The notes beneath the pieces were generated by a model. It had not been told where the DNA came from, did not search any database, and was given only the letters and a program-made list of their open reading frames with translations. Position numbers and translations under genes: made by a program. Below, piece by piece: positions 17,449-27,242 of a DNA stretch of 64,000 nucleotides (position 1 is its first letter; every line of letters starts with the position of its first letter). The stretch is from a virus. Its lineage: Duplodnaviria; Heunggongvirae; Uroviricota; Caudoviricetes. The stretch lies in the IMG/VR virus record IMGVR_UViG_3300034022_000539. One strand, given 5' to 3'.

Positions 17449-17482
17449 AAAAAAAAAGGGTCGCTTTGCGTCCCTTTAATAT
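17449..17482. terminator. bidirectional terminator A9-GGGTCGC-ttt-GCGTCCC-TTTAATATTTT
   Basis: A 7-bp stem with one mismatch is flanked by an A-run and a T-run, between two minus-strand transcription units. Confidence 0.6.
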
Positions 17483-17499
17483 TTTATGTTAAACTATAA

Positions 17500-20220
17500 T
17501 TATGGTGCTATAGGATCTTCTTTTCTATTGTGTGTAATTATACCATTTGCTACGTATACATCATTAGACTCTACGTCTAATTTATAAACTTTAAATGATC
17601 CACTATTTTTTACAATAGAAGTAATTAGATGTTCATATCCATCTTGATTAATAAATGAATCGCCAACTAAAATATCATTAGCTTTCATTACAGACCATAC
17701 TGAATTTCTTTTTATAATATGCACGTGATCTTCACTTGAAGTTAATAAACCATCATTAAAACTTAACACGCTATTTACAATGTGTTCAGTATTTTGAGTA
17801 ACTGTAGCCGATGTATTAGATAAAGTTGGATTTGTTTGAGACCATTGTATTAAATTCTGATAATTATCTCCATCTGGCATATTACCTATTATCATTGAAG
17901 ATAATTCCATACCAATTGTTAACGATTCTATTGTAGCGTGAGTACCGTTTGATAATTTAACTAAAGTTCCTTCTAGTAAACATCCTCCTGGAGTTCCGGC
18001 ACATAATTCAAATATAGTATACTCAGGTGGTGTTGTATCAGGCTGAACTAATCTCCAACACGTTCCAGATGCATCGTCTACATATACTAATTGATCAAGA
18101 TTATATAAATCACTATATGGTCCCACATACGAATATACACCTCCATCATTTCTTTCTGCTAACCATGATCTATATACAGTTGGAGTAGGTTTATCTGGTG
18201 TTGCTGTAGGATTTGGAATATATTCGCTGTAACTACATCCAAATTCACTTGTACATCCAATAGTTTGGTCAATTACGAAAATATCATCTGAAATTATAAA
18301 TACCATTTCTGATGAGTCCCATGTACTTGGCACTGAACTACTACATACTGAATATACTGCTCCAGATCTTCCATTATAATAATAAGGTGAAGCTAGCATT
18401 TCATTAAATGTTCTTTGTATATAACTTCCAAAATTATAACCTAATCCATATCTAAATATGTCCACTGTATCAGCTACCCATACATGATAACATGTACCCG
18501 AAGGTGCATCAGTTGGTCTCGGAGTTGATGTCGGAGGAACTAAGGTCGGTTCTGGTATATATGTAGTTGGTGTTGGTGGAATCGGTGTTGCTGTTGGATA
18601 ACCTGCACCTGCACCCGAAGATGAATAACATTGAGATCCAATTTGTGTTATAATAATATTTTGATAATATGCAATTGCTTTTACACATAAAACAACAGGT
18701 TGAGAATATGGTGTTAAATACACTGTATCACTTCTACCATCACACATTGTATATTGTATGTAACCACTATTCCAACTATCTGTTAATTGAAAATTATAAG
18801 TATAACAAGGTACAGCTGTTGCTGTTGGTGGAATTGGCGTTGCCGTTGGTAGGTTTAACGAACTGTCAAGTATTCTTACATTAACTGTATCTAATACAAT
18901 ACTACTAGCATTAGTAAGTTTTACAATCAACCATTCATCACCTTCTGTTAAATTATCAGATTTTGTGGTTAATTCAAATACACCTTGACCATTTACACCC
19001 GAAGTAGTAGTAATTACTACATAACCATTGTTGATAGCTTCAACCAAATCACTTGCATTTGCATTATATGGTCCTAATTCCCACCAAAGTGTTGTTGGTG
19101 ATGCATTTAAATATTGTGTGTCAACTACAAATGTAATTTTTACATTTTCTTCATTGACTTGTGTTTTATTAGCAGAAATACTATAAGTAGGTGGAAACCA
19201 ATACTCATCAGTTACATAACCAAGTACACTATCGTAGTATACAGCATATGCTGATCCTGCTTCATAATACCATCCACTGGGCGCTGTTTCACACGTAGCT
19301 ATATAACTATTGTCACATAAAGTTTGTATGCCAGAGATTAAGCCTGTGTTGATCCAGTTACCGTTACTATCAAATGTAACTTGATCGTATCTTCCAACTG
19401 GAGTAGTTGCAGTAGATAAGCCATAATAATAATTACCAGGATATGTTGATGCTAATGAACTTTGTACCATTAATTGTGCATCGTATGAATTACAAATACC
19501 TAATAAATTATATTCAAAATAAGTTTGATCTGTTGAATTATTAACATCGTCATTTCCACCTGGAACATCATCAGTTATTAAAATAATAAGTTTAATTGCA
19601 TCAGATCTAAATGATCCTGCAATATTATTAGACAATATTTCATTGATCCCTAAACCACCGGGTTCTGGCGCACCTTGACCATATCCTAAAGGAAAACTAG
19701 GTGTAGCTAATAAATTAAGTTTTGTTTGAAAATCAGTAATTGAACCAACATTACCTAATGGTTGCATACATGTAATAAATTGAGTTCTATTATTAAATGT
19801 GTTTATCACAGCTTTTTGTGATGCTGGTAAATTTAAGTATATAGATGTCTGTCCATAGTTGTTTGACGGTGGAGATGTTAGATTACCGGCATATTCATCA
19901 AATATGCAAAGTCCTACTCTATAATTACCTAATGATTCACTATCGATAGTACTTAAAATATTAGCAATACCAGCTTTAACACCATTGATTGCACCGTCCA
20001 TAGATCCAGTATAGTCAACTAAAAATACTATATCTAACCCTGTAGTACATTGAGTTGGAATAGTTAATTTATTTTGGTTTATAGCTAGACCATTTGTAGA
20101 ATAAGTCTTAAAAACATTTGAATTGTTAATATTATTAGGACTTAATGGATCATAAGCTAAACTTACAAAACTAGTCGGTGGTACACAAGATTGCCCATAT
20201 GAGCTTACAGATAATGCCAT
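17500..20220 (-). CDS. large structural/surface protein: N-terminal vWA domain (DIVFLVDYTGSM, MIDAS-like), PT-rich linkers (PTATPIPPTATAVP), C-terminal Hint/BIL-type autoprocessing domain; 906 aa
   Basis: vWA motif at aa ~60-230. The Hint domain has blocks CLLEGTLVKL (Cys747), TSSEDHVH and VYKLDVESNDVYVANGIITHN, followed by an RKEDPIAP tail. Confidence 0.8.
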   Translation of the reverse strand: MALSVSSYGQSCVPPTSFVSLAYDPLSPNNINNSNVFKTYSTNGLAINQNKLTIPTQCTTGLDIVFLVDYTGSMDGAINGVKAGIANILSTIDSESLGNYRVGLCIFDEYAGNLTSPPSNNYGQTSIYLNLPASQKAVINTFNNRTQFITCMQPLGNVGSITDFQTKLNLLATPSFPLGYGQGAPEPGGLGINEILSNNIAGSFRSDAIKLIILITDDVPGGNDDVNNSTDQTYFEYNLLGICNSYDAQLMVQSSLASTYPGNYYYGLSTATTPVGRYDQVTFDSNGNWINTGLISGIQTLCDNSYIATCETAPSGWYYEAGSAYAVYYDSVLGYVTDEYWFPPTYSISANKTQVNEENVKITFVVDTQYLNASPTTLWWELGPYNANASDLVEAINNGYVVITTTSGVNGQGVFELTTKSDNLTEGDEWLIVKLTNASSIVLDTVNVRILDSSLNLPTATPIPPTATAVPCYTYNFQLTDSWNSGYIQYTMCDGRSDTVYLTPYSQPVVLCVKAIAYYQNIIITQIGSQCYSSSGAGAGYPTATPIPPTPTTYIPEPTLVPPTSTPRPTDAPSGTCYHVWVADTVDIFRYGLGYNFGSYIQRTFNEMLASPYYYNGRSGAVYSVCSSSVPSTWDSSEMVFIISDDIFVIDQTIGCTSEFGCSYSEYIPNPTATPDKPTPTVYRSWLAERNDGGVYSYVGPYSDLYNLDQLVYVDDASGTCWRLVQPDTTPPEYTIFELCAGTPGGCLLEGTLVKLSNGTHATIESLTIGMELSSMIIGNMPDGDNYQNLIQWSQTNPTLSNTSATVTQNTEHIVNSVLSFNDGLLTSSEDHVHIIKRNSVWSVMKANDILVGDSFINQDGYEHLITSIVKNSGSFKVYKLDVESNDVYVANGIITHNRKEDPIAP
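17527..17982 (-). other. Hint (Hedgehog/intein-like, BIL-type) domain at the C-terminus of the 906-aa protein
   Basis: Intein blocks A (C-L-L-E-G-T-x-V), B (T-x-x-H) and F/G (VANGIITHN) are all present. HN is followed by Arg, not Cys/Ser/Thr, and there is no C-extein. This points to autoprocessing rather than splicing. Confidence 0.7.
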
Positions 20221-20233
20221 TATTTATTTTATT

Positions 20234-23200
20234 TTATTTCGGTGTACAATTTGAGTTAGTAAATATTGCAGTTACTGTAAATCCAACTCCATCGTAGTCT
20301 GATTGATTACCAGTAACATATACATATTTATTATCCCATAATTGAGCAGCGACATTATTGTATATGCTTTCTGCAAATTTAGTATTACTTGCATGATCCC
20401 AAACTAATAATACTGATGCGGTTCCAGTTGCATCTACACCCCATAGAGTGTATCTAACTTCTTGTGTATTATCACTTACACCGTATGAAGACTCAATTCC
20501 AGTTAAAATCATACCTTCTAAAGCAAATGTATATGGTATTAATACAAATGATTTTTGAAGTGATTGATTTGTAATTTTTTCATCTCTTGGAGTTGCACAA
20601 ATTGATACATGTTCATAACATGATCCTATGCCCGCTTCTCCAGGTTGTCCAGGTTGTCCATTGATACCTGATGTACCATTTGTTCCTGAAGAACCATTTG
20701 TACCATTTGTTCCTGAAGAACCATTAGTTCCAGATGTACCATTTGTACCATGTGTTCCTGAAGTTCCATTAGTACCACTTGTACCATCTCTACCAGAAGA
20801 ACCGCTTGTACCATCTTTACCTGAAGTTCCATTAGTACCACTCGTACCATTTAAACCAGAAGTACCATTAGTTCCTGATGTTCCATTAGTTCCATTAATT
20901 CCTGAAGAACCATTAGTTCCAGATGTACCATTAGTACCACTTGTACCATTAGTTCCAGATGTACCATTAATACCGCTTGAACCGCTTGTACCATCTCTAC
21001 CTGAAGAACCATTTGTACCAGAAGTACCATTAGTTCCTGAAGAACCATTAGTTCCTGATGTTCCATTAGTTCCAGATGTACCATTAGTACCATGTGTTCC
21101 TGAAGTTCCATTAGTTCCAGAAGTTCCATTAGTACCGCTTGTACCATTAGAACCATTTATTCCTGAAGATCCATTAGTTCCTGAAGTTCCACGCTCACCG
21201 TTTGTACCACTAGTTCCATTTGTACCTGAAGAACCATTAGTTCCTGAAGTACCATTTGCGCCAGATGTACCATTAGTTCCTGAAGAACCATTAGTACCAC
21301 TTGTACCGTTAGTTCCATGTGTTCCTGAAGAACCATTAGTTCCTGATGTTCCATTAGTTCCTGATGTTCCATTAGTACCACTTGTTCCATTAGTTCCATT
21401 AGTTCCTGAAGTTCCACGCTCTCCGTTTGTACCACTAGTACCATTTAAACCAGATGTTCCATTAGTTCCTGAAGAACCATTAGTACCACTAGTACCATTA
21501 ATTCCAGAAGAACCACTAGTACCATTAATTCCAGAAGAACCATTTGCACCTGAAGTTCCATTTATACCATCTCTACCTGAAGAACCATCTGTACCTGAAG
21601 TTCCACGCTCTCCGTTTATACCATCAGTTCCACTTGTTCCATTTATACCACTAGTACCATTAGTTCCAGAAGTTCCGTTAGTTCCTGAAGTTCCGTTAGT
21701 TCCATGTGTACCTGAAGTACCATTAGTTCCAGAAGTTCCGTTAGTTCCACTTGTTCCATTTGCACCTGAAGTTCCGTTAGTACCATCTCTACCTGAAGAA
21801 CCATTTGTACCACTAGTACCATTAGTTCCTGAAGTTCCGTTAGTTCCACTTGTTCCATTTGCACCTGAAGTTCCGTTAGTTCCATGTGTACCTGAAGTTC
21901 CGTTAGTTCCAGAAGAACCATTAGTTCCTGAAGATCCATTTGTTCCAGAAGAACCATTAGTACCTGATGTACCACGTTCTCCATTTATACCACTTGAACC
22001 ATCAGTTCCAGAAGTTCCATCTAATCCATTACGACCATCAATACCACTAGTTCCATTAGTTCCAGAAGTTCCATTTATACCGCTTGTGCCATTTGAACCA
22101 TTAGTACCACTAGTTCCATTTGTTCCAGAAGAACCATTAGTTCCATTTGTTCCAGAAGAACCATTAGTACCAGATGTACCATTAGTTCCACTAGTTCCAT
22201 TTGTTCCAGAAGAACCATTAGTTCCTGAAGTTCCATTTGAACCATTAGTACCACTCGTACCGTTTGTTCCAGAAGAACCATTAGTTCCTGATGTACCATT
22301 AGCACCGCTTGTGCCATTTGAACCATTTAAACCCGATGTACCATTAGTTCCAGAAGAACCATTAGTTCCAGAAGTTCCAGTATCACCTTTAGCGCCTGAA
22401 GTTCCATTAGTACCAGATGTACCATTAGTTCCAGAAGAACCATTAGTTCCTGAAGAACCATCAGCACCATCAAATCCAGATGTACCATTATTACCATTAG
22501 TTCCTGAAGTTCCGTTAGTTCCTGAAGTTCCGTGTGATCCATCCATTCCACTAGTACCATTAATACCAGAAGATCCATCATTACCTCTTGAACCTGAAGT
22601 TCCATCAGTTCCATTTGAACCTGAAGTTCCATTAGTTCCTGAAGTTCCATTAGTTCCTGAAGAACCATTAGTTCCTGAAGTTCCATCAGATCCATTTGTA
22701 CCATTTGTTCCATTTGTTCCAGAAGATCCATCAGAACCATTAGTTCCATTAGTTCCATTTGTTCCAGAAGAACCATTAGTTCCATTTGTTCCAGAAGAAC
22801 CGCTTGTTCCAGGATTTCCAGTTACACCGCTTGTTCCATTTGTTCCATTTGTTCCAGAAGAACCATTTGTTCCAGAAGAACCATTAGTTCCTGAAGAACC
22901 ATTTGTTCCTGAAGAACCATTAGATCCATTTGTTCCAGATGTACCATTAGAACCCGCAGGTCCTTCAGTTGCACCTAAAGATGAAACTATATGTGAATAA
23001 TTTGAAACGCCTTCTGTATAAAATTTAATAGTTCTATTTTGATTATCATCGTTAATAGCATAAATTTGAACTAATACTTTATCAGTAGGACTTATATAAT
23101 GTTGTTCTAAAAATAAGTCTTGATATACATCCACTGGAATTGCAGTAGAAGTGTCCCATCCTATTAATGTAGGTGTAGTTGTTCCCCACACAGCAATTGG

Positions 23201-24118
23201 TATTCCACCTGCATCTGTACGAGTAACCTTAACATATACTTGAATAGCATGTGAATCTACTTCTTTAGTGAAGTGCATTAAAAATGATTGAATACCAGCA
23301 GATACTACTGCAACACCTAATCCAACTGGAGTTATAAATTGAGTAACTAATACATCTGATTGCAACGGAGTTAAATCAGTAGTTACTATTTGTTGTACAC
23401 TAGATACTGGGATTGGTGAAATTTCATTAAGATCATTTGCACCGCCACCATTATTAACTACAGTAACTGATTCATTCATATAGAATATTTGACCAGTGCT
23501 ATAACCTGCTTCTCCTTGTAAACCATTAACTCCACTTGAACCTGAAGTTCCATCAATTCCTGATGTACCATTAGTACCACTTGTTCCATCAATTCCAGAA
23601 GTACCATTAGTACCATCTAAACCGTTTAAACTAACTTCTACCCATGGATCATTACCATTAGTTGAAGATGGTGTATATAATTGTGGTAAAAATGTTGGAG
23701 GTCCACCTATAACATTTGTGTATATTTGTGTACTATTAGGTTTTAAAAGACCTGCGCGAACCCATTGTGGTAACGCTTGCCATTCAGTATCACCTAAAAC
23801 ACCATTATTGCCCCAATATCCTTTAGGTATTAAGACATAAAATTTATTTTCTTCAATGACATAAACTAGCATACCAACTGATCGAATACCCGTTGTATAT
23901 CCACCATCGTTTGAAACTGTAAAACCAATATGTGTAACTGGTGCAGGTGCTTCACCCCAAATAGGTAAGGCATTTCTTTCTTCAATTGTAAATACCTTTT
24001 GATACCCACCCTTTACATGTTGTGCATGTACAATTCCTTCATAAGGACTTAATGATGAACTTGGCGAAATAAAATTACCAAAGGCGTATTGTGTTGAAAC
24101 TGGTCTAGTAAATCCCAT
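20234..24118 (-). CDS. collagen-like repeat protein, 1294 aa (Gly-X-Y with X,Y = T/S/N/D; about 250 triplets) with N- and C-terminal globular domains
   Basis: A GTSGTNGSSGTNG tract (uninterrupted Gly every third residue) spans aa ~385-1140, with a shorter one at aa ~166-212. It ends GQPGQPGEAG before the C-terminal domain. The plus-strand 790-aa PLVPxVP ORF is its antisense artefact. Confidence 0.8.
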   Translation of the reverse strand: MGFTRPVSTQYAFGNFISPSSSLSPYEGIVHAQHVKGGYQKVFTIEERNALPIWGEAPAPVTHIGFTVSNDGGYTTGIRSVGMLVYVIEENKFYVLIPKGYWGNNGVLGDTEWQALPQWVRAGLLKPNSTQIYTNVIGGPPTFLPQLYTPSSTNGNDPWVEVSLNGLDGTNGTSGIDGTSGTNGTSGIDGTSGSSGVNGLQGEAGYSTGQIFYMNESVTVVNNGGGANDLNEISPIPVSSVQQIVTTDLTPLQSDVLVTQFITPVGLGVAVVSAGIQSFLMHFTKEVDSHAIQVYVKVTRTDAGGIPIAVWGTTTPTLIGWDTSTAIPVDVYQDLFLEQHYISPTDKVLVQIYAINDDNQNRTIKFYTEGVSNYSHIVSSLGATEGPAGSNGTSGTNGSNGSSGTNGSSGTNGSSGTNGSSGTNGTNGTSGVTGNPGTSGSSGTNGTNGSSGTNGTNGTNGSDGSSGTNGTNGTNGSDGTSGTNGSSGTNGTSGTNGTSGSNGTDGTSGSRGNDGSSGINGTSGMDGSHGTSGTNGTSGTNGNNGTSGFDGADGSSGTNGSSGTNGTSGTNGTSGAKGDTGTSGTNGSSGTNGTSGLNGSNGTSGANGTSGTNGSSGTNGTSGTNGSNGTSGTNGSSGTNGTSGTNGTSGTNGSSGTNGTNGSSGTNGTSGTNGSNGTSGINGTSGTNGTSGIDGRNGLDGTSGTDGSSGINGERGTSGTNGSSGTNGSSGTNGSSGTNGTSGTHGTNGTSGANGTSGTNGTSGTNGTSGTNGSSGRDGTNGTSGANGTSGTNGTSGTNGTSGTHGTNGTSGTNGTSGTNGTSGINGTSGTDGINGERGTSGTDGSSGRDGINGTSGANGSSGINGTSGSSGINGTSGTNGSSGTNGTSGLNGTSGTNGERGTSGTNGTNGTSGTNGTSGTNGTSGTNGSSGTHGTNGTSGTNGSSGTNGTSGANGTSGTNGSSGTNGTSGTNGERGTSGTNGSSGINGSNGTSGTNGTSGTNGTSGTHGTNGTSGTNGTSGTNGSSGTNGTSGTNGSSGRDGTSGSSGINGTSGTNGTSGTNGTSGTNGSSGINGTNGTSGTNGTSGLNGTSGTNGTSGKDGTSGSSGRDGTSGTNGTSGTHGTNGTSGTNGSSGTNGTNGSSGTNGTSGINGQPGQPGEAGIGSCYEHVSICATPRDEKITNQSLQKSFVLIPYTFALEGMILTGIESSYGVSDNTQEVRYTLWGVDATGTASVLLVWDHASNTKFAESIYNNVAAQLWDNKYVYVTGNQSDYDGVGFTVTAIFTNSNCTPK
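20700..22970 (-). repeat. collagen-like (Gly-X-Y) coding repeat tract, also low-complexity at nucleotide level
   Basis: Nonamer-scale repetition of GGWACWRSTGGWACHART units is visible in the sequence. Confidence 0.75.
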
Positions 24119-24138
24119 TTTATTTTATATTATTTTTA

Positions 24139-25491
24139 TTATACTACGTTTAGTGTTAATGCACCAGATAGAGGTTGGTCAAATACTTCATATAAAGTGT
24201 ATGCATTTCCTAAATGTGTGAAATCTAATTTAGATACAAATGTAAATGGAATTCCATTCGCAGCATCTGCGAATTTAGCTGTCGTTACATAGTCAGTTGT
24301 ACTAACTGATTTTGGAATTGCAATGTAATATCTTTGTGAAGAAGCCACATTAGCCGCAAAATACAATGTACCGTTAGGTATTTCAGTATTATTTATAGCA
24401 CTAAATGTATCAAAATAAATTTGTTCTACATTATTAGCAGTTCCTTCATTCGCTAACATATCGACAAATACTAAATCAAAATTAGTTGTAGTTGTATTAT
24501 CGTTTAAGTAATAATCAGAAGAAGGTGTAGTTAATGAATTAACTCCTGGATAACCTCCATTTCCGTTCCAGTGGAACCAGAATGTAGATGATCCTTCAGG
24601 AACTGGCGTTGCAGTCGGTTCTGGAATTGAAGTTGCAGTCGGTGCAGGAACTGGCGTTGCAGTCGGTTCTGGAATTGAAGTTGCAGTCGGTGCAGGAACT
24701 GGCGTTGCAGTCGGTTCTGGAATTGAAGTTGCAGTCGGTGCAGGAACTGGCGTTGCAGTCGGTGCAGGAATAGCTGTCGCTGTAGGTGCAGGAACTGGCG
24801 TTGCAGTCGGATCTGGAATTGCTGTCGCTGTAGGCGCAGGAACTTCAGTCGCTGTAGGATCTGGAACTGGCGTTGCAGTTGGGATCACTTCAGTCGCTGT
24901 AGGATCTGGAACTGGCGTTGCAGTCGGGATCACTTCAGTTGCTGTAGGTACAGGAACTTCAGTCGCTGTAGGATCTGGAACTGGCGTTGCAGTCGGGATC
25001 ACTTCAGTTGCTGTAGGATCTGGAACTGGCGTTGCAGTTGGATCTGGTATAGCTGTTGCTGTAGGTGCAGGAACTGGCGTTGCAGTCGGGATCACTTCAG
25101 TTGCTGTAGGATCTGGAACTGGTGTTGCAGTCGGAATAATCGCAGTCGCAGTTGGCAAAATTGTTGCCGTAGGAACAGGAACTGGTGTTGCAGTAGGTGG
25201 TATAGGTGTAATATCAGTAACAAATAAAGTATTTGAAACGGTTTCACATAAATTAGAGTCAATTATTTTAACTTTATATTGACCCGGTGCTAAACCACTA
25301 TTACCCGTATTATCGGTTGCATTACCAAATGTAAACGTATTGGATACAATGTTATTGACAGGATTTTGAAATGTCGGATATGCATTGTTAGGTATCGGTT
25401 GATTTGTACCTGCGTTCAGTAAAGTATATTGGTAAGGTCCGACTCCTCCAACTACTTGTACTGTAACTGTTCCATTATTAATGTTTGCCAT
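24139..25491 (-). CDS. Pro/Thr-repeat protein (450 aa): N-terminal ~95-aa domain, ~20 copies of PTATPVP(D/A)PTATE(V/A)I, C-terminal ~140-aa domain
   Basis: Tandem repeats of 21-42 nt are visible at 24564-25209. Flanking globular parts are conserved. Confidence 0.75.
   Translation of the reverse strand: MANINNGTVTVQVVGGVGPYQYTLLNAGTNQPIPNNAYPTFQNPVNNIVSNTFTFGNATDNTGNSGLAPGQYKVKIIDSNLCETVSNTLFVTDITPIPPTATPVPVPTATILPTATAIIPTATPVPDPTATEVIPTATPVPAPTATAIPDPTATPVPDPTATEVIPTATPVPDPTATEVPVPTATEVIPTATPVPDPTATEVIPTATPVPDPTATEVPAPTATAIPDPTATPVPAPTATAIPAPTATPVPAPTATSIPEPTATPVPAPTATSIPEPTATPVPAPTATSIPEPTATPVPEGSSTFWFHWNGNGGYPGVNSLTTPSSDYYLNDNTTTTNFDLVFVDMLANEGTANNVEQIYFDTFSAINNTEIPNGTLYFAANVASSQRYYIAIPKSVSTTDYVTTAKFADAANGIPFTFVSKLDFTHLGNAYTLYEVFDQPLSGALTLNVV
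24564..25209 (-). repeat. tandem coding repeats (PTATPVPDPTATEVI units)
   Basis: Near-identical 42-nt units (GGAACTGGCGTTGCAGTCGG...) are repeated. Confidence 0.75.
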
Positions 25492-25516
25492 TTGTTTATA
25501 TTTTTATTTTAATTTT

Positions 25517-27196
25517 TTATCTAAAAGGTTCGCCTTCATATCGACATTCAAAGTTTGATGCACATTCTCCGCCCATCGGTAATGCATATACGCCTTCTGG
25601 ATATGCCATTATAAAGTTATTTATGCTATCCCAATAATTAGGTTGCAATGTGCTACATATATTATATACAATACCTCGTGTTCCATTTATTTCAGCTGGT
25701 GCAGACATAAGTTCACTGAATAGTGTATTTTGTATTCCATTAAGATTATAATTTAAACCGAAACCTTCTGTTTGTTCAGTTTCTGGTACGAATATGAAAT
25801 GACAAAAACCTGTTTTACCTAAATCTTCAGGTGTTGGAGTAGGTCTTATAGCTTCTCCTCCACTACCACTATCTGGTGTAGATGTTGGTTCTATTGGTAT
25901 CTCAGTTGCAATTGGTGCAGGAATTAGCGTTGCAGTTGGTGCAGGAACTGGTGTTGCAGTTGGAATAACTGGTGTTGCAGTCGGTGCAGGAATAGCTGTT
26001 GCAGTCGGTGCAGGAACTGGCGTTGCAGTCGGTGCAGGAACTGGTGTTGCAGTTGGTCTTCCCTCAATTGGATCTGGATCTGGTGTTCTAACACCTTCGC
26101 ATCCAAATATATTATGTGTTAATATTCTCTCAAGACTTAAATCAGTACTCGGTGTTACACTTCTAAAAATGTAAACAGCACCTGTATTTAATTCACCTTC
26201 TATTGTAATTGTATCGTCAAGAGTTGGTGGTATAATAGTAAATCCAGCTTCAGTTAATGTTTCAGCTGTACATATATAATTAGGTTGTGCTTTTCCTTCA
26301 GGATTAAAGCAAACTATAAATTCATAATTTAATCGACCATCTATAATTGGTGTTGCGGTAGGTCTTATTGCTTCTGTTGCAGTAGGATCTGGAACTGGCG
26401 TTGCAGTTGGGATCACTTCAGTTGCAGTTGGATCTGGTAAAACTTCAACATCTGTTGGTGTTGGTGTAGGTCTAATAGATTCATCTAATGTTGCAGTCGG
26501 TGTAGGTCTAATAGATTCATCTAATGTTGCAGTAGGATCTGGTAAACCACTTCCTCCACTTCCTCCTCCACTACCACTATCTGGTGTAGATGTTGGTGTT
26601 ATACCAGCACCTCCATCACCTGAACCTCCACCTGAACTAATTGCAGTTGCAGTTGGTGGAATTGGTGTTGCAGTTGGTGGAATTGGTGTTGCAGTCGGTG
26701 TTATACCTGAACCTCCACCACTTCCACTTCCACTGCTATATACAGTAGTTGGTATTGGTGTTGGATCTGGAATTTGCGTTGCATTTGTAGTTGATGCTAA
26801 CGTAATAATAAATCCTCCACAATTATCGATTGCATCTGTTTTAGATGCAAAATTAACATAAAAATCATTACAATCATATTGAGGCGTAATCCAAATATAT
26901 TGACCTGAAGTATAACCAGCGGCTACATATCTGTCGTAATCAGTATCTAATGCACTAATTTTCCAAAATATTAATGATTTTTCTAATTCATTATCAGAAA
27001 GAGTTAAATTAGTATTCTGACCAAATATTCTCCAACCTGCCATAGTTTGTTGAGAATACAACAAATTATAGTCCATTTCAGAATGGGTTAGTGGTCTTCC
27101 TAAAGTATGCGGATGTAATGGAAACCATTTTCCATTAACCATGTTTCTATGAAGTCCGTGTATAAAACTATAATTTTCGATGTTACCGATATCCAT
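25517..27196 (-). CDS. Pro/Thr- and Gly/Ser-repeat protein (559 aa) with PTATP(I/V)P repeats and GSGSGGGSG tracts
   Basis: Repeat composition is like the neighbouring gene. An N-terminal globular domain is present. Confidence 0.75.
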   Translation of the reverse strand: MDIGNIENYSFIHGLHRNMVNGKWFPLHPHTLGRPLTHSEMDYNLLYSQQTMAGWRIFGQNTNLTLSDNELEKSLIFWKISALDTDYDRYVAAGYTSGQYIWITPQYDCNDFYVNFASKTDAIDNCGGFIITLASTTNATQIPDPTPIPTTVYSSGSGSGGGSGITPTATPIPPTATPIPPTATAISSGGGSGDGGAGITPTSTPDSGSGGGSGGSGLPDPTATLDESIRPTPTATLDESIRPTPTPTDVEVLPDPTATEVIPTATPVPDPTATEAIRPTATPIIDGRLNYEFIVCFNPEGKAQPNYICTAETLTEAGFTIIPPTLDDTITIEGELNTGAVYIFRSVTPSTDLSLERILTHNIFGCEGVRTPDPDPIEGRPTATPVPAPTATPVPAPTATAIPAPTATPVIPTATPVPAPTATLIPAPIATEIPIEPTSTPDSGSGGEAIRPTPTPEDLGKTGFCHFIFVPETEQTEGFGLNYNLNGIQNTLFSELMSAPAEINGTRGIVYNICSTLQPNYWDSINNFIMAYPEGVYALPMGGECASNFECRYEGEPFR

Positions 27197-27242
27197 TTGA
27201 TACTTTTCTTTTTTTTATATATTCAATTTTTATTACTTAGTA

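Noticed and set aside
17500-17982. Bona fide self-splicing intein
   Set aside because: The Hint domain is at the extreme C-terminus, with no C-extein and no Cys/Ser/Thr after the terminal Asn. Splicing is therefore impossible. It was interpreted as a BIL/Hedgehog-type autoprocessing domain instead.
20628-23000. 790-aa plus-strand ORF (PLVPDVPFVPEEP...) and a string of Met/Leu/Gln/Glu-rich minus-strand ORFs at 20626-22785
   Set aside because: These are antisense or alternate-frame shadows of the collagen-like gene. The GGT/GGA-N6 periodicity of Gly-X-Y coding keeps every frame open. Only the Gly-X-Y frame gives a biologically sensible protein with flanking globular domains.
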